Both the position numbers and the translations under genes were made by a program. From contig NW_026250440.1 in the NCBI RefSeq assembly GCF_024521635.1, positions 1-64,000 of the forward strand: DNA of 64,000 bases, read 5' to 3'. How positions within the stretch are numbered: position 1 is the stretch's first letter; each line of letters opens with the position of its first letter. This DNA is from Tricharina praecox (taxonomy: Eukaryota). Shown piece by piece: positions 36,645-49,217 of this stretch. Under the pieces are notes generated by a model. That model did no database searches and was not told the DNA's origin. It saw only the letters and a list, made by a program, of their open reading frames with translations.

Positions 36645-37027
36645 GTAGAGTAGAGTAGAGTGCTCTACATACCCGCACAAGCGCTCGAGCGGCCGATGAC
36701 GTCGTAACCTGGGGGCACGCTGTATGTAGATGAGGGGGAATGTGGGCGCTTGTCGGCCTCGCTGCACGAGGGCGGGTTTGGGCTGGGGTTTGGTCGCGGT
36801 TCCACTGTCCAGACTCCGCTGTCCACTATCCGCGACTCCGCGACTCCGCGACTCCACACCTTCCGTCGTCGGACGTGCAGGACCAGAGGTATCCTGAAAT
36901 AACCCCACCTTCCAAGGCTCCCCTCCCCACATCCTCACCCGGAGGCCGGAGCCGGAGCTGGCTGGACAGGGCCGCAGGGCTACATACCATAGAGTCGTAT
37001 GTAGAGTAGAGTAGAGTAGAGTAGAGT
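36645..37027. repeat. (AGTAG)n microsatellite tracts at ~36645-36661 and ~37004-37027
   Basis: Visible pentanucleotide repeats. Confidence 0.7.
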
Positions 37028-40000
37028 ACAATACATAGAGTACAAACACCGGGGGGCCGACAGGTCTCAGTCTTCAGACTCTCAGGGATGCATCCTTGGC
37101 CGTCAATGCTCAATGCTGGCCGCACAAACAGCGACTAGGTATGTACTTCCTAGGTAGTAGGTAGAGTACCTAGTAGGTAGTAGAGTACCGTAACGAACCA
37201 TGCGGGAACACGAATATCGTCTCGAGTTTTGACGGCCTGAAGAATGTCTCGGGGCCTGAATGACGGCCTGAATGTTTTTACGGCCTCCCCCGGGATGGGC
37301 TACGGAGCTATACGCTAAATTACTAGCCACCGTACCGCCACATTCAGGAACCGATGGCAGAGAGAGAGAGAGAGAGAGCACAAAAACAGACGGATTCATC
37401 ATTCGTCATTCAGCCTCCCCGGGGTCCGTGTGTATTGTGCGGGCCGGACACCAGAGAAGTGAGAAGTGAGCATGAATCGCTTCCTTTTCTATCTGCCATC
37501 CATTCGTAAAGCGGGAAATATTTCCAAGTATGTATGGCTGTTGCCCGTACCCACTACCAGCAACACCGCCACCACCACCGGTACCACTACTGCACCCTCG
37601 ACTCTCGACTCTCAACTCTCGATAACTCCTTCAACCTCCAGCTTACCCCGAACCCTTGCTGCGCGTAGTTACTACAGAGTACATACTAGTCCTCTGCCTA
37701 CCATCCTTCAGAGTCCAGACGAATAGCGAGCAGTGAGCACAACTCGTAATCCGAGCGCAGGTACTGGCAGCTGGGTCAGCAACGCATCGACTCATCAGCC
37801 ACCGTACTACCGTAGAGTACTACCGTACTAGATCGTTGCATGGGTATTCGGACAGGCTGAAATGTGGCCCCAAGACGAGGCTGAAGAGGGTCTGAGCTCA
37901 GCGTGGATTGGCCACCAAATTCTCCAGATTTCAATCCCATAAAGCGTATATGGGCTATGTTAAAAAGGATGATTCTGAGAGGAGAGGCAGTGAGAAGATT
38001 ATTATTCGTCTGATCATTTCTATTTAATGGTTGATGGTTGGAAGCTGCCGGAGCCGGAGACACCTCACAAGCAAAAGGTGCTGACAAGGCTGAACCCCTA
38101 CTTCAATACCCATGCAACGATCTAGTAGTCATCGTCTTGCTCAGTGCTGACCTAGGTATTGTTGTTCCATCACGTTTCGGCAAGGGTGTGGATAGGAAGA
38201 CGGATTTTTTGAATTGAGGGGTAACTACCATCATACCCAGTATAGTAGAAGGTAGGTGGAGTACTTGGTTATGTGATATGCTGCGTGTTGCCGGTGCTTT
38301 ATCGTAGATACCGCAGTACTCTACTGGGACCAAGTTCTGGGGGACGTGGAACGGAGAACACCACAGGTCCACAGGTCCACAGGTCCACAGGAAAAGCCAG
38401 CTAGAGCACCTAGTTTGCGCATCAATCGATCCCCTCGCCTGGCTGTTTTCTACCTATGTGTGTATCTACCCCTGATCCTGATACTGGTATACAGGTGGGT
38501 AAGGGCGCAAACCAGTTCCTGGAGAAAAGAAATCCGCCGTTTCCCAGTCCCCGCGATCGTTACTCTCGAGGTCCGTACTCTACATGTGTACCATTTCCAT
38601 GGTGAAGCTGAAATCGACAGATACGCCATGTTTGCGATATCGCAAAAAATCCTCAATCATGGAGTGGCAGGCAACCAGAAGGGAGTGAGAGCGAGGGGCG
38701 AATACCAACCCCCGCCGTTCCGAGCGGCGGGAGGCGTGTTCTCTGTTCGAGACTCCGAGACTCCGAGGTCGCGTTCGGAACACCGAGTCCGTAACGAGGA
38801 CGACGGCGAGTACGAAAAGAACTCATACATAGATCCGAGAGCTGAAGGTTATCTTGGCATTCGGCATGTAGGTATCTGATGAACTCGACACAAACCCCTA
38901 TTCCCCGCCTCAGAACGCCATGTCAGAAGCACGAGTAACTGAGGACGTGGGGTTTAGTCAAAGCGATCTCAGCTGCTCGAGTACATATGGACCTAGGATT
39001 TGGTTAATGCAATTTCGGCTCGTGGTATGGATTGCCATGATCTAGAAACCTAGGTCGCATGCGATCGATTAAACGAAAAAACAAACACATAAACATGTGC
39101 GTAGGTACCTCAATCGGCAGATTCTGTATGGCAACTCCTTTACTCGACGTTGGTCCTTCTCCCCGGGCCTGCCCATCTTCTCGGGCTCGTTCCCAACCCG
39201 TGATCAGATCCTGTTCTCCGCCACGTCGAAGGGTGAAGTCCATTCCCCTTCCTTCCTTTGAAGAATCTAGAGTCCTTAAGTACTAGAGCAGAACCGTAGA
39301 GCAGATCTTGCTTCCTTCGCATTCGCGTAGGGCATAACTAATCAAGCGATCCAACAGCCACCGTCTCGAACTAAAGAAGCACTATCAGCCGACAACGTTA
39401 ACGACCAACCATGTCTGGACTTCAGGCCCCCCACAACCAGCCACGTAAAGCGGCGAGGTCGCCCGCGTCGTTTCGGGTGCTGGTTTTTTCTTCCTTTTCT
39501 TTTGGGGAGAGGGGGACACGGAAAACAAAGGATCCGGACGGGGAAGACCGAGTCCTGTTTTTTTTCCTGCCGGGTACTCACTTCATACCGGGACCAAGGA
39601 TAGAAGCAGATCAAGCCGACAGTCACAGCAGTCGACAGTTCATTCGGGATGGCATCTTTCCCCAGAGACCAACCAGTCCCTACATACACAGGATGACGGC
39701 CGTGGCTGGCGAGTCGGGTGTGACTAGAGTCTAGACTAGGTGGTTAGCACTCTACACATTCCTGTTAATCACCCACCCTGTCAGCCCTAAGCAGCACGTC
39801 CACTGATTGGTGGCAGACGTGTCGGTTCGGCTCGGTAACCCACGTCCAAAACCGGCAGCCAGTCACCGGAAAGTCAAGTCAAGTCGGTGAGGTGGGTGGG
39901 TACATACATCCTGCTGTGCTGTGTTGTAGCCATCAACTCGCCGATGCCGCGTGCGAGGAGAACAGGTTCTTTATGTATTTTACACACGAGTGCGCGCGTG

Positions 40001-41037
40001 CGGGCGGCAAGAAGAAACTCGAGAGCGAGCTCTGGAAATCCGCACACACGCCAAGCGAGGCAATTTCGGTTCGCGATAGACTCGATACTTTGTATTCGGG
40101 CGTGCACCCTATCAGAAGGTCCACCGCATGAATCGGACTGGGATCTGATACCTGGCAGGCTGCAGCCGCCTGAAAAAACGTGTGGGACCGATAGACACCT
40201 GCTTGCCTGCCTAGGTGGAGTAAGTACTAGTGGAGTAGGTAGATCGAGCTGCCTGCCTGTATACTGGTAGGTAATCTCGAGTAGAGTAGAGTACCTGCTG
40301 CCCGCGCCGTGGGGAGAGGAAGGGAGGAGGAGAAGCAGGGGAAGGAGGGGGAAGAGGAGGATTACGGGGAGGAGGAGGAAGTGGAGGTGGAGAATGACGA
40401 GGAGGAGGAAGTGGAGGAGGAGGGGGTGACGGTTGTATGTAAGAGTAAGGGTGGCGAGGGGCGAAGCGCCCCGTCGAATAATAACAATAACATTCGGTGT
40501 GTGTGATACGGGATTGGATGGATAGAACGATGGATGGTGGATGGCTGGCCAATGTTGCGAAAAGAAAGAGAGCTGTACATACATGCATGCAAGCCACCTA
40601 GGGGCGCGGGAAGGCAGGCAGACGCTCTTCTTTCTTAAAACACAGCCTCCTCCCACACCCTTTTTCAATTCCCTTTTCTTTCCCTCCTTCCTTCCTTCCT
40701 TCCTCCCTCCGTGCAACACTATTTGCTCGCGAATTCCGCACTCGTTTTCCCCTCCTCCACAGACAACGATCTGGCTAGTCGATAACCCTCGTTCAATCCC
40801 AACACACCCCGGCCACCCCACAGAACGAACCAACCGAACGATCCGCGACTCGTGCTGTGTGTTGTAGTCGAAGATAAACAGAGGAACGACATCTTCATTT
40901 TTGGAGCGATAGGAAAAAGCGATCCGACGACTACTGAATTCTTCGCATCTTCGCGGGTGTGAATGATTTGGTGCGTGCGAGGCCGCTAGAATATTTGGAC
41001 TTTTTCGAGGGACTCAATCGACACAAGACAAGACATC

Positions 41038-42240
41038 ATGATGCTGCGTTATTTCACAATTCTAGCCGCGACGTCGGTCACCGTCGTCTTTGGCCAGTCG
41101 GAGACGCTTTCTATGACGCTTTCTACAGCGCCTACTGCGTCGGACACTGCGAGTGCCGCCGCTGCGACACACACCATTAAAGTCGGGTTCCCCGTCGGAC
41201 AGCATGCGTTTTCGCCGGAGAATACAAAGGCGGAGATCGGTGATACCATCGGTACGTAGTTCTTTGTAGGAAGCGGGGTGATGGGGGTGATTGAGCGGGA
41301 AATGATGGATTGCTAATTCCATTCAATTCAGTCTTCGAGTTCCTCCCCAAAAATCACTCCGTTGTGCTCATGGACCAACTTTCTCCCTGTATTCCATATG
41401 ATATGGCCGGACACCCGGCCAGCGATCTGTGGTGGTCTGGTTTCTGGCCGGTTGAGAAGGCGGAAGATGTAAGTTTGCCATTCGTCTGAAGAAAGAACCG
41501 ATTGTGTATCACGAACACGAGGGGCTGACTTGTATCACCAGCCTAAATATTACACCAGGGTTGTAGAGAGCAAAGACCCAATGTGGTTTTATTGCTCGGC
41601 TCCGGATTCGTGTAAGACTTATGGAATGGTCGGCGCCGTCAACGCCAAAAACCCCGCCGTGGATCTCGCCGCGGCACAGAAGGCTGCCAAAGCCGTCGAC
41701 TTCTCATTAACCCCCGGCGAGTCGATCCCTGACGAGCAGAGTACCGGCGCCAAATCCACATCGACCCCAGCAGCCTCATCCGGCAGCGGCGGCGACAGTG
41801 GTGGCGGCCTCTCCGGCGGTGCCATCGCCGGAATCGTAATCGGCGCGGTCGGTGCCTTTGCCCTCGTGGGACTCCTCTTCTTCTTCGTCGGCCGCAAGAA
41901 GAAGGCCGCCGAGCTCAAGAACAAGACCGCCGGCAGCGACGCCGAAGCCGCCGCCGCCGCCCCAACCGCCGGTGGAGAGCACCCGCCCATGTACCAGGAC
42001 CCACGATACAGCATGATGCAGCAGCCGCAGTCGCCGGGTCCCGAGCAGTGGGGCGGCATGAAGGGTGGCCACCAGAGCTACGTCCCCGAAACTGTCGACC
42101 ACTCCTACGAGGCCGGAAACCCCAACCGCATGAGCGAGCTCCCCAGCCAGAGCTACGATCCCGTCGAGATCTACACACCCGGCGTACAAGAGCAGATTGC
42201 GGGCACGCCGAGGACCCCGGTGGAGAATGCGAGGGTTTAA
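41038..42240 (+). CDS. Type I membrane protein with extracellular cupredoxin-like domain; exons 41038-41251, 41332-41468, 41542-42240
   Basis: Signal peptide, THTIKVG...GDTIVFEFLPKNHSVV...PCIPYD...WFYCSAPDSCKTYGMVGAVN, then GLSGGAIAGIVIGAVGAFALVGLLFFFVGRKKK transmembrane segment and a cytoplasmic tail with a SELP motif. Confidence 0.88.
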
Positions 42241-43825
42241 GACCCTGATGGAGGATTCGAGGCGAGACCCTGTGGATATTTCTGTTCGCCTCTTTTTTCT
42301 TACTTTTTTTGTTATGTGCGTACTTCTCACAACACAACCACAACACCCCCCATGCGGGGGAAAACCTTCAATTCTTATTTCTGTGTTAATTCCATGAATT
42401 TCTTGTTTGATTTCTTTTGTAAATACCAAACTTTATTTTGATATTTTGCGCGCGCGGGGGTCGGGTGGGGTGGGCGTGGGATGGTTGTTTGTTGCGATGT
42501 TTGGTTGGGGCCTGCTTGATGTTGGGACTTTGCTGCGAGTGTGCGAGGGAGCGAGTGAGATACGGGGATAGGGAGTTGAAAGTAAGATGTGAATTGACGT
42601 TTTTTTGTCGGTGCATACGCAGCAACGGGGGGCAGTAATAGATACACGTCCCACGGGATTCCGGACATGCTCTACACACATATTCAAAGTTCAGCCCGTG
42701 CGGACGTGTTCGTATGCATAACTGGAGGCTGGCGCTGAGGAGGGAAGCACACGCACTGGGGTGGAGGAGTGGGAAGTGCACTTGATCGCAAACCGGATCT
42801 GACCAAGCCCTTCCAGTACTCCACGGTTCCAACTTCCAGTCACCAAGCCCCTCCATGGTTCCAGCTTCCAGTCACATGTCATTTTCACATTCACTTTGAG
42901 GGGTAAGGCTTTTTGGTGGAAAATGCGATTCAACTTTCAAGGATCTCATAGAGCGGCGAGCCGGTTGGAGATGCGGGAAGCCGCGGTTTGTGGCCTGCGG
43001 ACGCCGGGCGGTTGGACCACGGCGGCTAGATCACGGGTGACGGCGGGAGAGCCAGGGATGGATCGATGGGTGGATGAATGGATTGGATGGATGAATGGTC
43101 GTACTGGTCGTGCTGGGTGCTGGTCGTGGTAGTCGTGCTGGTCGTGGTAGTCATGCTGGTCGGGTCGTGCTGACTCCGTGTGATTCGTCCCGTTCAAGAA
43201 TCACGAGGAGGCCGGGCCATCGACGGGGCCGAAATGTGGGGATCGTCGGGTCGGCGACCTACCGGTATGGTACTAGTAGTGTACGGTACCTATCCGTCCG
43301 GCTCTCGGGAATCCCAGCTTTCGGCCTACATACCTACACTCTGTTAAAGTTTGGACGCCCAGAGATGTTGGCGCGAATAAAGTTCCGCGGCGGACGGTCG
43401 ACCGAGTGTTGCCTGGGTCGAGTAACCTTCGGACCAACAAGTCTGAAGTTTGTATATAAAGAGAAACCTCGCTGCTGATGTTGCTGTATCGAACTGATCA
43501 TCTTTACCCTTCTACTTGAATATTCCAACACATACAAAATTCCGGAACGGCTACGTGATGGCAGCGGGATGTGTAAGTACTAATAGTGTTTCCGTTTTAA
43601 AACGGTGAACAAGAAGAAACTTGAGACTTGAGTGGACATTTGATTGACTCCCAACTCGAGTAAACCGACTTCGCCCAAAAAAGCACACTCCCCCCTGCCA
43701 ACGGGCTGAAACCGTAAAACCCGCGCCTCCTCACCCGCAGGCCGCAGGCAGCAGCTGACCGATATACCGTACACACTATGCCACCTAAAAAGCTTACTAC
43801 TACTGCTGTACAATGTACATGAAAA

Positions 43826-45433
43826 TCAACGATACCTTAATATAACAACTACGAAAAGCACCCAAGTCCCAAACCACGACCAGTACGTGGTTTTGTACGC
43901 ATACACTATTGCGCCGATGACTCCGCACACAACCGCAAGAACACAGAGCGCCAGCATGCACCAGAGGAAGATACTGCGGCCCCGAGACCATCTCTCGGCT
44001 CTGGCTCGCGATTTGTGCGCCGCTTCGAGCGTGGGGCCGGCGGCCCAGCTGATGCTGCTGATGGGGTTGTTGGGGCTGGGGTTGGGGGTGGGGGTGCGCC
44101 ACCAGTGATACCACTTTGCGGGGCTGGGGGTCGGAGGCGGCGGTGCGGGAGTGGGCTTGTGGACGGGCTTGCGAACAGGCTGGGGAGCGGGCTTGGGGAC
44201 GGTGGTGGGGGGGTTGCAGGAGAGTGTAGCCGCACATGAGGGCTCGGGTGCGAAGGTGCCGTAGAAGCTGGCGTTGGGGTTGCGAGAGAATGGAGTGCTG
44301 GCTGTATTCGTGAGATTATATGTGCTGCCGCCGGCGGTGGCGGCGTTGGTAGGACACTCTGGGCGTGTGGGCGGGACGGAGCCGTGGTTTTTTGTTGTTA
44401 TTGTTGTCGGTCGGTCCCTCTGCCGCCATAAATTGGTGCGCATCCATTCCTCTGAATACGGACCAGAACGCGTCAGTTACTCTAAAGACCGTGCCGCCGC
44501 GGCCGTCCCAGCGCCCACCACGCCAGCCCAACTGTCGCTATCACCGTGACAGCTATCGCCGTCCCCGAAACCACGGTGCCAGTTAGGAACGCACCTAGCA
44601 AGCGCTCTGTGTAGGATGACTCCGCCGCTACTACTACCCCCTCCTCTTCCGAATTGCCCCAACCGTCCCCATACGCCTCCTCGTACTCCTTCATCCTCCG
44701 CACGGACCACAACCCGCTTGCTACCATTCTGCGCCCGTAATCCCTCGGATGTCCGTAATCCCTCGGATGCGCTGTAGCCGGTGCGGCCGGCGGCGTCGGC
44801 GGCGTCAACAGCGGCTGCTGTAACAGCGGCGGCGGCCTTCGCGACTTCGGCTCCTCCTCGGCATAGACGACGACGCCTGGAAACCTCTTCCTTAAGTGGG
44901 TGAGCACGATGCGAAACGCATCTGGCGACAATTTTGCCGTGCCGTTCGGAAAGCCGGCCAGGTTCTCGCGAGCAACCAGCATTGGCGGTTGCAGCCTGAC
45001 ATAGCTCTGTTTTATCTGCGTGGCGGTCGGCTTGCCGGTGATGCGCACTTCGAGGAGGATCCCGTTGTCCGGGTGCGGCTCCGGTGGGCTCCGCTTCAAA
45101 GGCAGGAAGCCTTTGCGCTTTTTTTGGCTGGTAAACTTTTTGGACAGCAGGGTGTTGCCCAGGCTTGTGATCTGCCGGCGGGGGAAATGTCAATTCGGCC
45201 CGTGGTTCTTCCCCGCCGGAAAGAGTTGTGTGCGGAGCGGACGGACGACTCACGATCAGGATCTGGATATTGACCCTCCCGGGCTGCGAGCTGTCCTGCT
45301 TTGCGTCCGGATTCGACAGGACCAGGATCGGGTGCCCGAGGGCTCCATGTTCAGCTTTCGCAATGACCGCACGCGTGTCCTTGTTGTCGGGCAGCCAAAG
45401 GATCGATGCCGGCGCGACTGCGACGTTCTTCAT
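43826..45433 (-). CDS. Fungal hypothetical protein (HPILVLS...ITSLG...PHPDNGILL...SYV family) with C-terminal membrane anchor; exons 45433-45254, 45171-44595, 44451-43826 (or stop at 44482 if the second intron is retained)
   Basis: A phase-0 intron joins ORFs 44477-45433 and 44482-45099. A GTGCGT donor, CTGAC branch point and CAG acceptor join in frame to ORF 43826-44443. Confidence 0.6.
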
Positions 45434-46630
45434 GTTCGAAATATTCCAATGCCCGTCAGGTCAGGTCAGCCGTGACACACCTTCACGACGGGAAGGAGGG
45501 GGGGTGACGAACTTCCTCTTCGTTTGTGCGGAATACGCATCCACTTAAATACTATCTATGCCCAACGCATCCGCCGCGGGCGGTGCTGCGCAACCCAACC
45601 CAACCCAGCCCAACCCAACATGCACGCACTGCCTACATATGCAGCATGCACTGCACTTGTGACGAGCCCTGCCTGAGTGCTCGGCCCACTGCCCGCGCGG
45701 GAAGCAGCGGGCGCCGGGAGCTGCGCATGATGATTGGCTAGTCTGAAACAGTCTGTGGGGCGGGTGGGCGGGGGGCTCAAATCTTGGGGGTGGGACCGTG
45801 GGCCACGACCACTGGGTTAATTCCCCTCCAGAGTATGGTTATTGTTTTGTTTTGTTGCTGCCATAAAACGGCGGAGCACAATATCCCCACATCGGTGGGG
45901 TGATGGTGATGGCGGGATCGGCTTCAAGCGCACATGCGTGTATGCGTGCGCACATCCGTCTGCACAGTGCGCTGGAATGCTGCTGCAGCGCTGCTTGCAT
46001 CCCACCGTCCACGCGAAACACACTCCCAGAGTCCCAGGCAGCCATCTTTCCACGACCGCCAACCAGCCCCGCCTTGGCTCTAATCGCCGGGAAGGGCTCG
46101 AGCAAATCATTCATTCACAATTTCACAAGATATAATATTGTTGGAAGTGGGGTGCTAACTATGGGATCCGGCTCCGGAGCCTGGAAAAAAGCCCAGAGAA
46201 GCCTGCGCGCGATACATACCTACGGTGATATCTCACAGCTATGGTTTGAACTGGTACCAACTGATGCCGCCGCACCCGCCTTTCGCGGGGAGCTACAAAT
46301 CCGTCCAGAGCTCGACTATTGATGGCTATCGTTCGGAATGCCAACTTGCCAATCGGATACCGGAATGTATTTAGCTGAACGAGTCACGAATTATCCTGAT
46401 TGCGGATGCAACTTGCGTCCCGGCATATTCAGCCTTACCACCTGCCCTCCCCGTCGTCGGTCGAGCAAGGTTTTCCGCCGCTTGTATGGTATGGTATATA
46501 ATCCCTCCTATCCCTCTCGTCAGGTCCATCTGACTCTATCCTGCCCCTTCAGACACCATTCACGATCCCAACTCACGTCTACTACAAACACCTCACTCCC
46601 ACCTACCATTACATACCATATATACCAACA

Positions 46631-46936
46631 ATGAAGCTCTCCCTCGTCCCCCTCCTCGCTCTCCTCGCCACCAGCGCCTCTGCGGGTCCCGCCGCCTACG
46701 GCGTATGCCAGGCCGGCTGTGCGTGCGTCGTCATGGCCTGCTACGCGGCCGGCGGAGCCACTTGGGGTATGTACATACCCTACATCCGCGATGCTGCTTG
46801 AAGCCTAATCGTTGTGTGTACCTATGTAGGCGCTACACTAGCACTTACCGCTCCCGCTACCATCATTGGCTGTAACGGGGCCTACGCTACTTGCCAGTCG
46901 GCTTGTGCGCTGGTCGTGTTCGCTCCGACTCTTTGA
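46631..46936 (+). CDS. Small secreted cysteine-rich protein (80 aa); exons 46631-46766, 46830-46936
   Basis: MKLSLVPLLALLATSASA-GPAAYGVCQAGCACVVMACYAAGGATWGATLALTAPATIIGCNGAYATCQSACALVVFAPTL*. Intron GTATGT...CTAAT...TAG. Absent from the ORF track. Confidence 0.88.
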
Positions 46937-48861
46937 GGTGAGAATGGGCCTGGGTACATCTGTGTTTTTTGGTGCTGTGTTGAGGTTTATCACTACCACC
47001 GCTCACCGACTACTTGCGGATGGGTGCGCAAGGGGACGATGGTTAGCTGTATGTACATATGTGGGTGCCAGTGTTGTAGTTGTATGTACATATCTGCCAG
47101 TGTTTGCGGGATGTTTTGGGTTTGCTAGGTAGCATTTCTGTCTATGGATTTGTCAGGAATTGGAATGGCCAAGGGGTCGGCGGGAATCGATATTGTCTTT
47201 TTCAAAAGCATGAAGTAGAGTAAAGCTGGGACAGCATGTAATTACATGGCCTATGTGTGGGCAAAAACGGAGCTGGCGGTTCGATTCGAACCTGAATCCT
47301 CACTCGACACCGGTAGATCCAAGTGCTACTTGTATGTACCACCAAGCAGCAACTATTAGACATCCATCACCAGCCACGAGCAACCGACCTGACTACGGTG
47401 GGTATCACCATATCAAGCCCAGCCAGGCGCAGAAATCGGCCCGGGGCGGAGGCGTTCAAGCGGGGCATCAAGCGGGCCATCCAGCAGGCGCCGGAGGAAG
47501 ACGCAGACCCTGCGCACATCTGAGACTCGATTATAGGTAGGTAGTTGGCAGCGAAGGAATGAGACAAAAATCCGGTGGGCATAGAAGGAACCCCCAAAGA
47601 AACAGCCGGGAGCGGGGGACGATGAGTCAAGCAAGAAGGTGGGTGGATGATTGGAACATGGAACTTGAAATGACGAGTCACGAACCGACCTGGCCTATCG
47701 CACGGCCGGGAATGGGATGGGTACCACCCCGCTCCCCGCATGTGGCTCCACCTAGGTAAAAAGGGAAAGAGAATGACGGTCGGTACCCCGAACCCGAGCC
47801 TGAGCCTGAGCCCGAGCCCGGCGGCGAAGCGCACAGTCGGCACGGGAGAACTTCAAGAAGTACCGGGACGGAGGATACCGGCAGAATGGCCACGGAGCTT
47901 GGGAGTCTGCAGCGGAGACCGCCCCGGAAAAGTCGGCTTGATTAGAGGCTTCCCCACACCACGCTGTGCTCCCATCCAAATCGCTAACCAATGAGCTGGT
48001 CGACTGCAGAACGGACTTAGAGGTGGGAAAGATGTGAAAATAGAGAGGAGAAGGCGAGAAAGAGAGCGAAAGAAGAGGAGGGAAGAGGCGGATATGGAAG
48101 CAACCCATCATCGCTGACGGCGATGTGCTCATGGCCTGCTACAACGGGAGCATACAACTATATACAGTTTTTTGACATTTGACCGGACCCCCGTAGACGC
48201 CGAGTGAGAAGAATGATAATATCAGTTGAAACCGACCCGGTGAGAGGATTTGCATCCACCATGTACTGAGTACGTACCTAACGATTGACCGCCTCCCTGC
48301 ATTGGCGTTTTAGCTGCGTGCGGTATCCGACACTCCTTCCTGCACGGCCGCTGTCGCACGCCTTTCAGCATTCGCGTCTGCATCCCCATCACCACTGACT
48401 CACAGCTGAAATAACCGCCACGGCGGGGGCACGCATGGACCACAGCGTATGCAGAATCAACAGCGGACGAGCCGACGAGGGTAGGTACTAGGCACAGTGA
48501 CAACCGGGTGGAAAAGGATATGCAATCTGTCATGATCCATCAAGGTCGAATGCAATGATGTAACGGGGGAAAAGGATAGGCAGTGAGACAAGCCGTCACG
48601 ACATGATTGGTTCCAACTCCGGTGATACCTATCACTTCGATGCGAATGCTATCACATGCACTCCTAAGTTCCCAACGAGCCGTAACCCTCGGCTATCTGT
48701 TGCAATTGCTTGCTCAATTCTTCGCTCATAAGCGATTGATACGGTCATATTTACAATAATTGACATCACACACACGCGTACAAGAGCCGACAGCTCAACA
48801 TCTTTCCTCGCCCTCTCGCATACAGCCAGAGCAACAATGAAAGACGCAGCCATAGCTTTAT

Positions 48862-49111
48862 TCGCATCAACCGGAGGCAGTGTAATACCGGTGACACAGT
48901 GGGAGTCGACATGCGCAAGCACAGCGGCCAGCTCCCGAACTTCAAAAATAAGATTAATATTAGAACCGATATATTATCGGATTTCAGATATTAAACTGAA
49001 AAGAACAGATACTACACTTGATCTAAGCCAAAAGGCTGTAGAGGGAATATTATTAGTTGATATTCGGGAATGTTGATAGTTAGGGGTGGGGAAGACGTAC
49101 CAAAGAGAGCT
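48862..49111 (-). ncRNA. U2: U2 snRNA gene containing a spliceosomal intron (exon 1 49111-49101, intron 49100-49036, exon 2 49035-~48862)
   Basis: Spliced minus strand AGCTCTCTTTG|CCTTTTGGCTTAGATCAAGTGTAGTATCTGTTCTTTTCAGTTTAATATCTGAAA matches the conserved U2 5' domain, including the GUAGUA branch-pairing site. Stems IIa, IIb and IIc, the Sm site ATTTTTG and stems III/IV are present. Spliced length ~185 nt. Confidence 0.96.
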
Positions 49112-49145
49112 AAAGAGAAAAGAAGAAGAGGGGAGGGAGAAGAGA

Positions 49146-49217
49146 TTTTATAGTTGTTGCAGCAGCACTAGTGAGGACGAAAATTTGGCCGATACGAGGG
49201 CCTAGGGCTTAGGGCTT
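49146..49217 (-). promoter_or_regulatory. U2 promoter: TATAAAA box (49152-49146) and tandem AGCCCTA(A) Tbf1-like sites (49217-49201)
   Basis: TATA box ~35 nt upstream of the inferred U2 5' end; minus strand reads AAGCCCTAAGCCCTAGG. Confidence 0.55.

Noticed and set aside
39874..40833. 319-aa minus-strand ORF
   Set aside because: Built from purine/pyrimidine low-complexity tracts upstream of the 41038 gene; not protein-like.
42820..43150. Short imperfect direct repeats (ccaagccc...cttccagtc; tggtcgtggtagtc)
   Set aside because: Ordinary local slippage duplications in intergenic DNA; no element boundaries.
47270..47300. GGTTCGATTC T-loop-like motif (also at ~27449 and ~56699)
   Set aside because: No flanking T-stem, acceptor stem or D-arm could be built; not tRNAs.
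48837..49076. 79-aa plus-strand ORF and overlapping 96-aa minus-strand ORF
   Set aside because: They overlap the U2 snRNA gene and are spurious.
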